Shown here: positions 30,301-38,701 of the stretch, one piece after another
Position numbering within the stretch: position 1 is the first letter of the stretch
Layout: the number at the start of each line of letters is the position of its first letter
Virus record (IMG/VR): IMGVR_UViG_3300044959_000303
Location: 1-64,000 of that record
Strand: one strand, 5' to 3'
Source: a virus
DNA: 64,000 nt
Position numbers and translations under genes: made by a program
The notes under the pieces: generated by a model
Databases searched by the model: none
Told to the model about the DNA's origin: nothing
The model's input: the letters and a program-made list of their open reading frames with translations, nothing else

Positions 30301-32289
30301 ATTTTTGACCAGAGAAATTGGATTTTCGAAGATCAGATCTTTCTTTTCGACAATTCCACCCGGAAGAATTCGAATATCGACAAAATCCTGTCGATTCAAC
30401 GAACTTGTAAATATTATTCTGTTGTTCGGTGAATCATATGTCCAATCGATTGCATGCTCCTTTTTCACACCATTGACTTTTACTATCAAACTTTCATTGT
30501 AGAATCTTGTGAAGTCTGTCAAAGGTAACAGTGGTTCGACCGGAAGATCGATAACTGTTGTTTCTTTTTCAATGACAATTTTTTCGACAACATATTGTTT
30601 CGATTTTTCTCTTGAAAAATTCCAATTGTTTCCATACTCGGAAAGAAATTCATGAGGACTGTTGATATGCCAGAAATAGTAATAAGGAATTTCCAAAGTT
30701 TCTGTTGTTACGGAATCGATGTAGGTCCATCTTTCCGTATACAGATAATTTTCGAACACGAATTTACCGTTTTCATTGAATACAGGACGTATTCCCAATT
30801 CTCTGTCTCTGGGAGTTGTATTCGTATCATCTATTGCGTAACCGAAAATTCTGCTTCCTGAAAAATTCGAAGAATTGTAGATGGAAATATCGTCGAGTCT
30901 GTTGAGATCCTTGTCGTACAATTGAAATAATGGTGGTTGATTTACTCTCTGTTTGGATTGCCCTCTTTTCCATTCGTTTCCATCGAAAAAGAAGACGTAT
31001 TCGAATCCCAGAGGATCGGTAAATGTGACATAATCGCCTTCATTTGGATAAGGTGTCAGTGGTTCGAGTTGAATGATCTGATTTTCTTCGCTTATTCCAG
31101 TAACTCGATATATTCTGTTGTTTGCTCCCGGCGAAGATGAATTTGCAAAAAGAATGATCATGTTATTGGAAACCTGAAAACTGTTTCCAAAAACATCTTT
31201 TATGATGACATTGCTTATTCCTCTTCCTGCATCCGGCCAGGTTTCGCTGTACAGAATATCACTGACTTCACAAGGAAGATCCACACCACCGTATGGAGGA
31301 ATACCGTATGTGGGAGAAAGATTGTTCAAAATTGAAAACATTTGTGGACAAAATGTCACAACATTTACTTCCATGAGAAAATTGGTTCCATGATTCCACA
31401 ATTCCAGATCTCTTTCGAACATGATAATCGGTCTTTTGGCCTGAATTTTGACCAAATTCGGATCGTTGAAATTTTTGATTACACTTTTGTGAAACCAGCG
31501 ATTTTTTCGACTCCAAGCATTTTTGTCTTTTGCGCCTCTTTCCATTACAAAATAATCGGGAATATTACTTATCTGCAAACTGTTGTCCCACAAATCTTCA
31601 TCCCACGACAAAATATCCCAACCGGCAATTCCAACTTCATCTTCTACGAGAACTATTGCTTTTCCTACGCCTTCAACTATGAAAATTCTGTTGTTGTTTG
31701 CTGGATTGACATCGTTTTTCGGTTGAATCAGCATATGTGATTCGAGTTCCAAAGGTTCGCCGTTTACTGTTATTGTTGCATACGGCAATCCAACAATGGA
31801 ATCCAAATCTGTCAAATCATCGATAACTATAGGTTCTGGCGAAGAAGGTAACCAATAGTAATTTCTGTAATTTACAAATGCATCGAGATTTATTGGTGGT
31901 GACCAACTGTAGAAATTTTCAGAAAAAAGTCTGTTCTGGTCGGTAATTATCGAACCATGATATTCGAGATAATTGAGCAGATCATTGTAATATTGAAGAA
32001 ATTCTACACTATTGGCACTTGTAAATGCGGCAGCATGTGTCAACTGGTGAATTTGTCTTTCCGAATTTCTTTCGTTGATATAAAAATCGGTTTCTTTTCG
32101 ATGATAACTTGGTATGTCTCCTATGTATCCGACAACTTCTTCTGTATCTTGTGGTTGATATAACTGATTTATGGTAGCGTGAAAGAATGACTTCAAAACC
32201 GGAGTTTGAAGCAGAGAAGGAAGAAATTCTACGAGATTTCTTTTTTTCTCGAAGTTTTTCTTGTCCGGATTTATCGGTGTTTCTGCCAT
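21358..32289 (-). CDS. Giant (3643 aa) baseplate wedge-like virion protein
   Basis: Uninterrupted 10.9-kb ORF between gp6-like and connector genes; PPINLDAFVNYRNYYWLP N-terminal motif. Confidence 0.75.
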   Translation of the reverse strand: MAETPINPDKKNFEKKRNLVEFLPSLLQTPVLKSFFHATINQLYQPQDTEEVVGYIGDIPSYHRKETDFYINERNSERQIHQLTHAAAFTSANSVEFLQYYNDLLNYLEYHGSIITDQNRLFSENFYSWSPPINLDAFVNYRNYYWLPSSPEPIVIDDLTDLDSIVGLPYATITVNGEPLELESHMLIQPKNDVNPANNNRIFIVEGVGKAIVLVEDEVGIAGWDILSWDEDLWDNSLQISNIPDYFVMERGAKDKNAWSRKNRWFHKSVIKNFNDPNLVKIQAKRPIIMFERDLELWNHGTNFLMEVNVVTFCPQMFSILNNLSPTYGIPPYGGVDLPCEVSDILYSETWPDAGRGISNVIIKDVFGNSFQVSNNMIILFANSSSPGANNRIYRVTGISEENQIIQLEPLTPYPNEGDYVTFTDPLGFEYVFFFDGNEWKRGQSKQRVNQPPLFQLYDKDLNRLDDISIYNSSNFSGSRIFGYAIDDTNTTPRDRELGIRPVFNENGKFVFENYLYTERWTYIDSVTTETLEIPYYYFWHINSPHEFLSEYGNNWNFSREKSKQYVVEKIVIEKETTVIDLPVEPLLPLTDFTRFYNESLIVKVNGVKKEHAIDWTYDSPNNRIIFTSSLNRQDFVDIRILPGGIVEKKDLIFENPISLVKNAENRDVEKVSYDDVFLHFMECMRKQIGFQGSEFGINNYKDTLAERWKGERILQHTEPILKLMLLTKEDTSFVDSLRYVEREFIRFKNRFLRKTNEFWEKNLINSTNPDDWIDAILSEINFGKNFDFPFRNTGVDLTASNSLPKYIPASPAFLGITPLYKPQFYNDDKISSNLLLRQHDGSVISTFGDFRDNILFRLEERIYESAPSKFKNDYIPLYSIYDIRQGKWRNTEYSRKEFLQISKNIFHRWLSENGISFEDIPSGNDNFSINYRTVKDQDGEIIPGNWRGIYLWYYDTDRPDLFPWEMLGFSIKPSWWNSEYGPPPYTSGNAKLWEDLRDGRIRQGPRQGIDTRFSRPDLEKYIPVSTTGELLDPISIGIVSQYPIPQDAVQPFEFGDVGTIETAWYKSENFSFDLSLILFLCKPAKFVSTNWDTENIVELFKNRTDATNVQIILENYRHRPENRNLVVHNESSSIIEEIDISSVVKNTMNVNNGLIMNYGLQQWITNYLEKDLKDITENFGKKTRNIVSNLSYRCGRFVDTNNLRVDSDSFGLIPKENVKVTFYNQKHFREVVYSGVIIEKVEDGYTVNGYDFFAKTFKILQRNKNGKKKTIGVGQQNENVRKWVENTQYFVGDIVVLENSGKLYKAKETHISDNFFDATKWISIREIPKRYRITATIFQDTTGIVEEIPYGTKFRRIEEVVNFLVSYQDYLKSVGFVFDRYDEVNNELIDFVKSAREFMLWCISGIERGDVISLSPSSREIKFFTDFGFVSPVETIQKGFYSVLNRFGNKIPPKNVAIMRDDNIVRIIPVNEEDENSLLYFARLSIETIEHALVFNNNTIFGNVINNGILGVFLPRLRISTISTKNWNGRYEIAGFIITPDKIILPNYDKLADQFISLFDINDTSNTESQWKDYAFHNIGYQKRSYLSNLLISDKSQVNFYQGLIKTKGTKQSLEKILRSQFITNITNIEMLEEWMLFASEYGNVDDNRKIVFSLNSKEFRQNPQIIEFKLVETESIVSGGTVFPSSLSENYFYDISSGILYKKNNGNFSVLYSWKEVIDNIFVDSPSDNTITYRIGTFGENIVFADDEILEKPSDFDRNYNKNHWLWNVHHGNTDFVVSFAGHLQKNEVKHQFFDKRELFVSAIPSEFELGDRVWIYEVFDVKNSKYKDWSVFECMKITNAVSSFTFIANSSGDNEMKISFVTNLGTSANRTLKEGDIIVIKAENTVEFEGIYEIKRMEGLKDVIVTANPEFRDFIDASALSTINGFEILNFVEVRFKDIYEAENEFSTNYYISKNQSYSDKLLFIDDFRNENEKFFLPKYYGIMKVTSFNSLNLPGRKFIYSVHRIQNKFVDSSKFDSLTVRDRNTKSILAKIPVYDPLSDKILPEIKTNVDFMIGYDPAIYTNGDESVFVVEESSAVWSKNKVGKIWFNTRKAKYLDYKTTSDEYSRENWGKLAPKSKVEIAEWIESSNPPSSYNGDGVPLYGENSPYVITKEKDSTKNIEITKYYFWVTDSENVSFGKTLSTKELASLLKNSYRNHNWYSPLRNNSLLISLDDSLKNETFLSLPWNDEGREDISHKEWYIVRENTSSWLPSNVLWNKMIDSLTGFDYLNRPVPDPKLPLNDSTGISVRPRRSMFVNREEAVRNLIYFMNWKLEKIRFLEEIDFSKIYISEKEPQNTNFVVDNFTQRDALITSNLINVGQTVLVRSEPALSNMWSVWKLISINPISWKLVNIQKYRTDDFIQISDFYSEEVDKNKIPVKIFNSISERNNSLLNGFIEENEVILLNDNGFGLWEWQKWNGTSWITLAKQNSTIQLKDAFYKNRFIFGIFENEDLNSNIDLLKKKIDFRDGRLELRHLLNVFRNENLLGQLFINEIFFNQLRYALTESNNNSSWIVKSSTLILGNIIENATRETTVRPDIVKSLIEYLEEIKPYHSKFRQITKTLIPPTDNLDLIIDDFDQNVAFPTSANLNLLRKFETTLRFDRVSCDEDFHPEKIMFETDGSSTTFRLFNTTEVTTEPFIENYNPFDFGKEKLWSKSNIRKISIFRPNGTHGTLDKNRINIIISTNEIIVVLDRIYENGTRIVIERWINAAERIDLYYQVVSSNIFGRKLEIPPPVKNVEDLISGCTFKGIIVEGGGLELSPEYFQATQDNILIHIYNPLPNESFFVENLAPVMTPDGIVFQDYMDARGNTWLESYISSYSTQDNFIELWNKYYGFNVYPLSNVTNIHEDIAISADSIDLLYDVKISGISTTTSGIIWQTVSSPFNPIYEGGLLSQPHISKDHPEELLPVTFFDTALIRAYGKGKQGYPPITSLRFSFSRSELSGLPVKLNAVPHNRESLIIFGNGNLLEEGIHYIFDYENLKVTFLPANLPDYEYQFDLRIFEAGGGSTLLKEKHLYINQENFTIDLDDIIFSNITVSSNLYATVDGYEAQIDIIGNTLTFNSSATSSAKNILSLYIFDGSDITKTRREKLSINSSSLPVYVSIPLSAFTRRPYVNSILVFSSGKMLCPPYVERFTFSPDKKEYSSSVDISPGIDGIRVYNNGSILTLNDDYTVSSLFVSSLGYSANVVEFTISAMASISAGNTIEIVTLISGDYDYDIIDVSGEMKIMNVHGSTLTYFWWDNSEIMNLKVNRFHGGSRNFDTLDFNVQNIGGIFVSENGIIKTPHIDYNKIISKDGWDVFSWDSSEWDEVISTQNIIYKKNIEKTCVFYISGIERGDAASLLKVKSDKEKEKTLEIRNRTIFTLEEAISARETSILLRENIHVHPAFRNSNIIFNGNVQEGDSSFLWIGTEKIEFRNAEVHMETSGHKIWKLNDVNRGVSHTPRGINEEKTSIFVTSNSAASLFTISGLSALVTSSVNINVSLILFGSATTILIPNYSYNIVPVGEIPLKRVFTTSALASENYTYLVNGNNIEFGFVPPAARNIMVSGSEVSAIFLPNIVIDITRKNWKNEDNSHDKEDLVILQLTKPIEDNLNYNS

Positions 32290-32304
32290 CTTTTTTTTTC
32301 TTTA

Positions 32305-35300
32305 TCAGCCTCTTATTCTCAGTGAACTTCTGCTGTTGGTCTCTATAATATCTATGTTTTTTCGAGTGACATGAGGCAAAAACAATTGATTTGGTTTCGA
32401 TCTTATTTCGAAAAGATTACCGAAAACAGATTCCGCGTTTTTCGGAACAATGACAATCGAAGCAATTTCCGAAACAAGGTTTTGATGTATGAAAGCAGCA
32501 AGTTCAGTGAAATAGAATGTTTCACCAAAATCCCAATTTTCGATATCGAAAAATCGATTGATCAAATCTATGATTCTCGTTTTTATTTCACCATCCGACA
32601 AAGATGCGTTCGGGGTTTTGATTACTTTGAAAGTTGCCTGTAATTCTTCCAAAGCTTTGTCTCCGAACAGAATTACATATTCTACCGGATTCCATATGAT
32701 TTCATCACTTATCATTTTCAATTTTTCCAATTCCGAATATGTTATTTTCATTTCTGCTTGTGTAGGTGGCAAAGGTTGTGGTTCGTCTGTTTCTTCCTGT
32801 ATCCATTGTCGAACAAGATCATCATAATTTTTATCCAGAACAAATATATCTATTATATTCGAAATCGATGGATCTGAAACATTCGAGAAAGGTGTTACAT
32901 GCTCCCATAGAAATGTCAGATTTTTTCTTCCTCTTCTGATAAGAAAATTGTTTTTGTCCAGAATTTTCTGTGCCGAAGGCACTTTTGCCAAACCTACATT
33001 CAAACCTCCCGGTATTATATCACCAGTCAGATATACATTGTCGATTTCGAAAAGAAAAAATTCATATTGTTTGTCAGATGTACCTTCACAATAAACTATT
33101 TCTTTGTCAACCCATAAAGTTCTGGTATCCGTGTTGATGTAATATTGATCCATTTTCGTTATGGCAGAAACAAGAGTGTTTTCTATGAAGATTTTTTGAA
33201 TTTCGATTGGTTCGAAATGTTCGAGTCCATCTATATCTACAAATTTTCTCCAGAAAAGTCTCGGCGGCGGTTGAGTCGAATTTTCGATCAGTATTCTGTC
33301 GAAAGTGTCCGGATCATCGATAAAAGTATCCAGATTCGAATCACAATATGTAACGATGACTTTTCTTGGTTCTTCATATCCGTCTGGATATCTGAAAGTA
33401 TCACTGATGCAAAATGTACTGTCTTTTTCCAAACCCGGACATATCGATAACCATTCCGTATTGTTGAAATAACTCGAAGTCGTGGCACTGACTACTGCTT
33501 TGTAAATTGTGTTGTCGAAAATTACCAGACTGTTCATTGTATATGAAATTCCGGAAACCCATGCTGTAGGATTTTCATTTACAACAGAAGGGCTTGTATT
33601 GCTTCTATTGACTGTTATTATATCCTGTTTCACATTTCCTTCATTGTCGACAATTGGAGTTTTCTGTGTAAAGAAAAATCTGACATCTTTTTTGCTTTCG
33701 AAAACATGACGTAAACCTCTGAAAGTAACTGTCATTGTGCTTGGACTGTTGAAAGTTACAAGCACCATCCATTTTCTGGCGTTGTTGTCATACGTAAAAT
33801 CCGAATTCAAGTCGAATCCGGTAATATTTGGTGGTTCGATAATTTTCCAAGCATCGGTTGTAAAATCGTAATACAAACCAAAGGTATTTCTTTCTGACAA
33901 TCTGGAGATTATCGATGATGTTTCGAAACTGTTCAGTTCAGTTCTTATTTTGGGAAGAATTTTTTCTACTATATCTCCTTCCTTTACACTTCTGCTCAAA
34001 AATATTTTTCCTGTGCCTGCATCCAGAAAACCTTCGGAGACTCCTTTTCCATTGTCTATTACATTGACAACTCCTGTCCATCCAGCTTCTTTGAATTTTA
34101 TCATCGATCCGCTTTTGACAAGATCCAAACTGTTTCCTGCCGGAAATGAAAGATTTACGGCAAGTGCATTGACTGTTTGTGGTATTGGAAGAGAAGAAAC
34201 CAAAGCCGAATCTACAAATCTGCCAGTTGAACTGACATTGTCACCAGAAATTCTGTCCCACATGATCTGACCAAGTACTCCAAAAGCCGGTGGAACTTCG
34301 AATAACGAGGAATACATTGGTAATTTTGCGGCATTGTTTTTCAAGGCATCAATGATGAAATCTCTTAGTTCAATATTGGAAAACAAAGGAAAGATATGAT
34401 TGAAAAATATTTCCTCATTTGTAAGATCAACGAAATTTTCGATTACAATTTCAGTATTTTCCTTCTCTTTGAAAAGTATGCCATCATTTCCAAGAACTTT
34501 GACAGAGTTGTGTGATCCAGTAGGATCTTTTATGTCTATGAATCTCGAATGTCCAGCATATGTTCGATTGATTGCTTTGAGTTTTCGAATGTTCTGGTGC
34601 GACAAAGGCAGAGAATTGTAATCCTCTGCATTTACCATTCGATTTTGTGAATAGTAAACCTGAGGAGCATTTTTTCTTATTTCTTCCACACTTTCAGCAG
34701 GAGCAGAATTGGTCACCGGTTCTTCCAGACTCAGATAAAGTGTCAATGTTTTGTTTTTTTCTGCTGAATTTACATAATTTATCGAAACACCGACATTTGA
34801 AATATCTCTTGGACGAATTACCAGTTTGTCACCATAGCTTGTTCTGTAATAAACTCTTATACGTCCAAAAGGAACCGCTCCAAATCTTCCATCGCCAAAT
34901 CTTATCGTAATTTGATCGTTGTCTCTTGTTTCTACGGAAAATATATTTCTTACGGTAATCGGAATATCGTTGAATATGATATTTTGAATCACACTGTCTG
35001 GAACTTTGGTCCAGACAGTGTTTATCGTACCATCTTCATCGAGAGTTTGAACAAAAACATCTTCATTGTTGATATTTTCCTTGTTTATATCGAGAGTTCT
35101 GTTTTCCAAAGGAATGGTAATGTTGAAATCCGAGAACAGCAAAGATCCTTGTTTGAAAAATGTGAAAAATCCAGTCGAACTGCTATTGTTACCTCGTCCA
35201 TCCTTTTTATAGAGAATATGAAATTTCGAAAAGAAATCCGGCGATCTTTCCTTGTATCCTTCCAGTTCGGAAAAACTTACATTCACATTTTCGAACTGTA

Positions 35301-35934
35301 AACTTTCACCATCGATATTGGCATTGAAAGAGTAAACTCCTGGATTTTCACCATCGACCGTATTCAGTTGATAAACTTCGACTCTGACATTGCTTGTATC
35401 TGTTCCTCTTTGAACTGGATGACCAAATTTCGATCCATTCGAAAAAGCATTGTTCAATACAAGTATGAATTGTTCGAACCAATCCGGGTTGTTCGGATCA
35501 TTCCAATCGATTCTTATACCATTCAGATTTGTTCCATTGCTATCGAATATATCATCGTTGGTTTGAACACCTACAATCTTCAGAAAACCTTTTGCTGCAA
35601 GATTTCTTTTTGGTTTGTAAGACAGAAATCTTGCCAATCTCAAAATCGACTGTCTTCTTTCCGCAGTGTCGAAGAAATTTTCCCTTACATTCAAATCGAC
35701 CCTGAAAGCCAAGGATTCTCCCAACCATGCCAGAAGATCTACTATGGCTATGAATTCTGACGATTCGATGTAATCATTGAAATCTTCCGGATAATTCAAA
35801 CGCAAATATTCTATCAGTGATCTTCTTATTGTTTCGAAATCATACGAAACAAAGTTCACGTTGGTGAAAGCCTTGTAAATTTTTCTCCAATCCTCGGCTG
35901 CGAAAAGATTGTTTTGTCTTATACTCTGTGACAT
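32305..35934 (-). CDS. Baseplate wedge subunit (T4 gp6-like)
   Basis: YDFETIR..LI.YLR..YPEDFNDYIESSE, ENFFDTAERR.SILRLA, IRFGDGRFG, SQNRMVNAEDY. Confidence 0.85.
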   Translation of the reverse strand: MSQSIRQNNLFAAEDWRKIYKAFTNVNFVSYDFETIRRSLIEYLRLNYPEDFNDYIESSEFIAIVDLLAWLGESLAFRVDLNVRENFFDTAERRQSILRLARFLSYKPKRNLAAKGFLKIVGVQTNDDIFDSNGTNLNGIRIDWNDPNNPDWFEQFILVLNNAFSNGSKFGHPVQRGTDTSNVRVEVYQLNTVDGENPGVYSFNANIDGESLQFENVNVSFSELEGYKERSPDFFSKFHILYKKDGRGNNSSSTGFFTFFKQGSLLFSDFNITIPLENRTLDINKENINNEDVFVQTLDEDGTINTVWTKVPDSVIQNIIFNDIPITVRNIFSVETRDNDQITIRFGDGRFGAVPFGRIRVYYRTSYGDKLVIRPRDISNVGVSINYVNSAEKNKTLTLYLSLEEPVTNSAPAESVEEIRKNAPQVYYSQNRMVNAEDYNSLPLSHQNIRKLKAINRTYAGHSRFIDIKDPTGSHNSVKVLGNDGILFKEKENTEIVIENFVDLTNEEIFFNHIFPLFSNIELRDFIIDALKNNAAKLPMYSSLFEVPPAFGVLGQIMWDRISGDNVSSTGRFVDSALVSSLPIPQTVNALAVNLSFPAGNSLDLVKSGSMIKFKEAGWTGVVNVIDNGKGVSEGFLDAGTGKIFLSRSVKEGDIVEKILPKIRTELNSFETSSIISRLSERNTFGLYYDFTTDAWKIIEPPNITGFDLNSDFTYDNNARKWMVLVTFNSPSTMTVTFRGLRHVFESKKDVRFFFTQKTPIVDNEGNVKQDIITVNRSNTSPSVVNENPTAWVSGISYTMNSLVIFDNTIYKAVVSATTSSYFNNTEWLSICPGLEKDSTFCISDTFRYPDGYEEPRKVIVTYCDSNLDTFIDDPDTFDRILIENSTQPPPRLFWRKFVDIDGLEHFEPIEIQKIFIENTLVSAITKMDQYYINTDTRTLWVDKEIVYCEGTSDKQYEFFLFEIDNVYLTGDIIPGGLNVGLAKVPSAQKILDKNNFLIRRGRKNLTFLWEHVTPFSNVSDPSISNIIDIFVLDKNYDDLVRQWIQEETDEPQPLPPTQAEMKITYSELEKLKMISDEIIWNPVEYVILFGDKALEELQATFKVIKTPNASLSDGEIKTRIIDLINRFFDIENWDFGETFYFTELAAFIHQNLVSEIASIVIVPKNAESVFGNLFEIRSKPNQLFLPHVTRKNIDIIETNSRSSLRIRG

Positions 35935-35961
35935 TTTTCACGCCTTGTACTCATGAATCGA

Positions 35962-36378
35962 TTATCTCGTATTATCTATTTTATTTTCAATATTTCGAAT
36001 AAATCGCGCAAACAATGAACCAACTTCGTTGAATGGCAGAAATTTCAGATTCAAATTCACCGTTATTCCATATTCTTCTTCGTTTACATCGATGCTGACA
36101 ATTTCGACGCGAGGATCGAACTCTGCAATGTTTTTTATATCATTTACAATTCGGTCTCGTACACTTTGTGTAAATGGTTCGAAAAGAAGATCGTGTATTA
36201 TGGAACCAAATTCGGGATTCATGATTCTTTCACCTTTTTTCGTGAAAAGGTGATTCAATATATCTCTTTTTACCAATTCGATATCGTACAAACGTGTTCG
36301 AGGAATATTTCGCTCGACTGTAGAAAAACCAACATAGATTTTTTCTTTTTTTATATTGAAATTCTTTTTTATGGTCAT
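35962..36378 (-). CDS. Baseplate wedge subunit (gp25-like)
   Basis: DILNHLFTKKGERIMNPEFGSII.DLLFEP, FDPRV. Confidence 0.9.
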   Translation of the reverse strand: MTIKKNFNIKKEKIYVGFSTVERNIPRTRLYDIELVKRDILNHLFTKKGERIMNPEFGSIIHDLLFEPFTQSVRDRIVNDIKNIAEFDPRVEIVSIDVNEEEYGITVNLNLKFLPFNEVGSLFARFIRNIENKIDNTR

Positions 36379-36503
36379 GAAACTGTTTCTGTTTCTGGAA
36401 AAATTTGTCGAAAATATTTATTTTGAAAAATAAAAATCATACTATTTGAAATTATTCGAAAAAATGAAATTGAACGAAAGAAATTGAAAAAAAAATTTTT
36501 TTT

Positions 36504-38675
36504 TCAGTTTTCTTTACAAGGAAGATTTCCACTCTGTTCCATTGAAAGTAAAACCAATGCTTTGTTCGGTTCTTTTATTGCTCTTTTTTTCAATCCCTTG
36601 TCCCAACCACGACGAACAAGTTCCGGTGATCGAAAATATTTCAATCCGGTGGGACTTGTCGGGTCCTTTGCAAATCTTTCATTGTATATTGCTTTGATGA
36701 TTTCTTCATCGGTAAGAGTATTCGGGTCTTTTCCACTCAACGCTCGATTTACTATGTTTCTGGCTCCGGTCGGACCATGTTGAACCGATGTACTGTAAAG
36801 CACACTTCTGAGAGTCAAACTTCTGGTATTCGGATCGAAATCATAATTTTTCCTGAGTTCGGAATAAACTGGATTCAAATGAGTATTTGCTATGAAAGAA
36901 TGTTGTTTCTGTCTGAATTCGCTCGGATTTCTTCTTGCTATTTCTTTCCATTTGTCCTGAAATTTTTTGTCTCCTGCAATGGCAGCAGAAGAACCACCAG
37001 CTTCTTCGAGCTCATCTGCTATTGGATCATTATTGATTTTCAACCATTTCAAAAACGAACTCATTGTTCCTACACCAGAAGCAATCTGATAGGAACCATA
37101 ACTCCATCCTCCGGGTCCGGGATCGTAAGCTATGGTAGAGGGATCGCCGCCTGCACTTTCGAACTCGGCACTTACAATATCTATACATGATGTAGAAATC
37201 AGATCTTGTGAATTTATTGTTTCACTTTTTTCAACTTGTGGTACATCTCCTTCGAAAGGAGTTTCGTTCAATATGACATTTCCGTTGGAACGTATTGAAT
37301 TGAGTATTGCATCATTTTCCGGTGGCGGTGGTCTTACTGCAATTATATGATTTGTATATGGTTCGTGTGTAACGAGAATATTGACTATCGATTCCGTATG
37401 AGTAATTCGAAGATCTTTTGTTACGTCTCTGTGTCGAATTTTCTTGAAAGTTTTCGCGTTTCTTGCTTCTGGAACATCGAAACTGTTGAGATGTATCTGA
37501 TCTCCTTGAGCGGCAATCATGTTCGATGCTTTCAGAAACATGCTTCTTCCTGCCGTTATCAATGTTTCTTTTCCGGATTTTACATTCAGATTTCTTTCCG
37601 ATTCAATGACGAGACTTGTGGAAAGAATATCGAAATTGTTTTCGGATCTCATCGAAATATTGTTTTCACTGTGCAATCCTATGTTACCTTTGGCATGTAT
37701 GTTCAGATTTCCATCCGTATGAATGTTCAATCCTCTCTGTGCTCTTATGGAAAATTCTCCGTAAGTGAATATATCTATTCCTTTGTCGGAAAGTTCGAGC
37801 CATGTGTTGCCTTCTTTCGTATTCATGTAAATATAACCGGTAGTATCATTCAATAATATCTGTGTTCCGGTTCGTGTTCGAATTCTTATGAATTCATTGG
37901 TGTCTTTCTTTCTTTTTATGGTATTGTGAAAAAATACCGGTTTTCCTTCATTGTCGAATTCAATTTCTCCATCGTCGATATAAATTGTATGTCCTCTTGG
38001 TGTCAAGATACCAAAAACCTGTGAGGGACTTTCTCTTCTTGCACTGCTGTTCGATGGACCACGAACAGGATCTGCATACAAACCTTGTTTGTAAAGAGAA
38101 TCATGCAAAGGATCGAATCTCGGTCTTGTCGGATTGTAATAATTCAAAGGGTTGTCTGTTCTTTTGTTGTATTCCGCTACCGGTGGATCGATTTCTTTTT
38201 CATCGACAAAAACACCACTTTTATCGAAACTTTTATTCGAAGCAATTCCGGGAACCATATGATTCATGAATTGTTGATACACACAACCGAACCATATTCC
38301 CTTCGAAGGATCTCCATTGATGAAACCAACAACAACAATATTTTCCAAATCTGGCGGAATTGCCCAGAAACCATAACTCAATTGTGTTTCTGTGTATTTT
38401 GTCGAATCTTTTTTGGAAAGAAGAAAACTTGTCGATCCGGCAAACGGACTGCAATAGGAAACCGTTATCCAGTTCGATTCATCGGAAGGATTTCCACCAA
38501 ATTCAGGAATGTATACTTTCAGTCTTCCCATTTTCTGAATATCACGATTATCTTTGACAATTCCAAAATACAATCTGTCAAGTTGTATGGAATTATCGCT
38601 TTCCGATTTGAAAGCCTTGATTGGTTTGGTATGACGATGTAAATCCTGTATTGTATTTTTGTTCTTGATATTCAT
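36504..38675 (-). CDS. Baseplate hub/spike (gp5-like) with C-terminal peptidoglycan hydrolase domain
   Basis: OB-fold motif D..KMGRLKVYIP, a beta-helix region, and C-terminal SAEFES.GG...GGWSYGSYQIAS..GTM..FL and STSVQHG. Confidence 0.8.
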   Translation of the reverse strand: MNIKNKNTIQDLHRHTKPIKAFKSESDNSIQLDRLYFGIVKDNRDIQKMGRLKVYIPEFGGNPSDESNWITVSYCSPFAGSTSFLLSKKDSTKYTETQLSYGFWAIPPDLENIVVVGFINGDPSKGIWFGCVYQQFMNHMVPGIASNKSFDKSGVFVDEKEIDPPVAEYNKRTDNPLNYYNPTRPRFDPLHDSLYKQGLYADPVRGPSNSSARRESPSQVFGILTPRGHTIYIDDGEIEFDNEGKPVFFHNTIKRKKDTNEFIRIRTRTGTQILLNDTTGYIYMNTKEGNTWLELSDKGIDIFTYGEFSIRAQRGLNIHTDGNLNIHAKGNIGLHSENNISMRSENNFDILSTSLVIESERNLNVKSGKETLITAGRSMFLKASNMIAAQGDQIHLNSFDVPEARNAKTFKKIRHRDVTKDLRITHTESIVNILVTHEPYTNHIIAVRPPPPENDAILNSIRSNGNVILNETPFEGDVPQVEKSETINSQDLISTSCIDIVSAEFESAGGDPSTIAYDPGPGGWSYGSYQIASGVGTMSSFLKWLKINNDPIADELEEAGGSSAAIAGDKKFQDKWKEIARRNPSEFRQKQHSFIANTHLNPVYSELRKNYDFDPNTRSLTLRSVLYSTSVQHGPTGARNIVNRALSGKDPNTLTDEEIIKAIYNERFAKDPTSPTGLKYFRSPELVRRGWDKGLKKRAIKEPNKALVLLSMEQSGNLPCKEN

Positions 38676-38701
38676 CGCAGAAAAAACCTTTCTATATCAT
38701 A

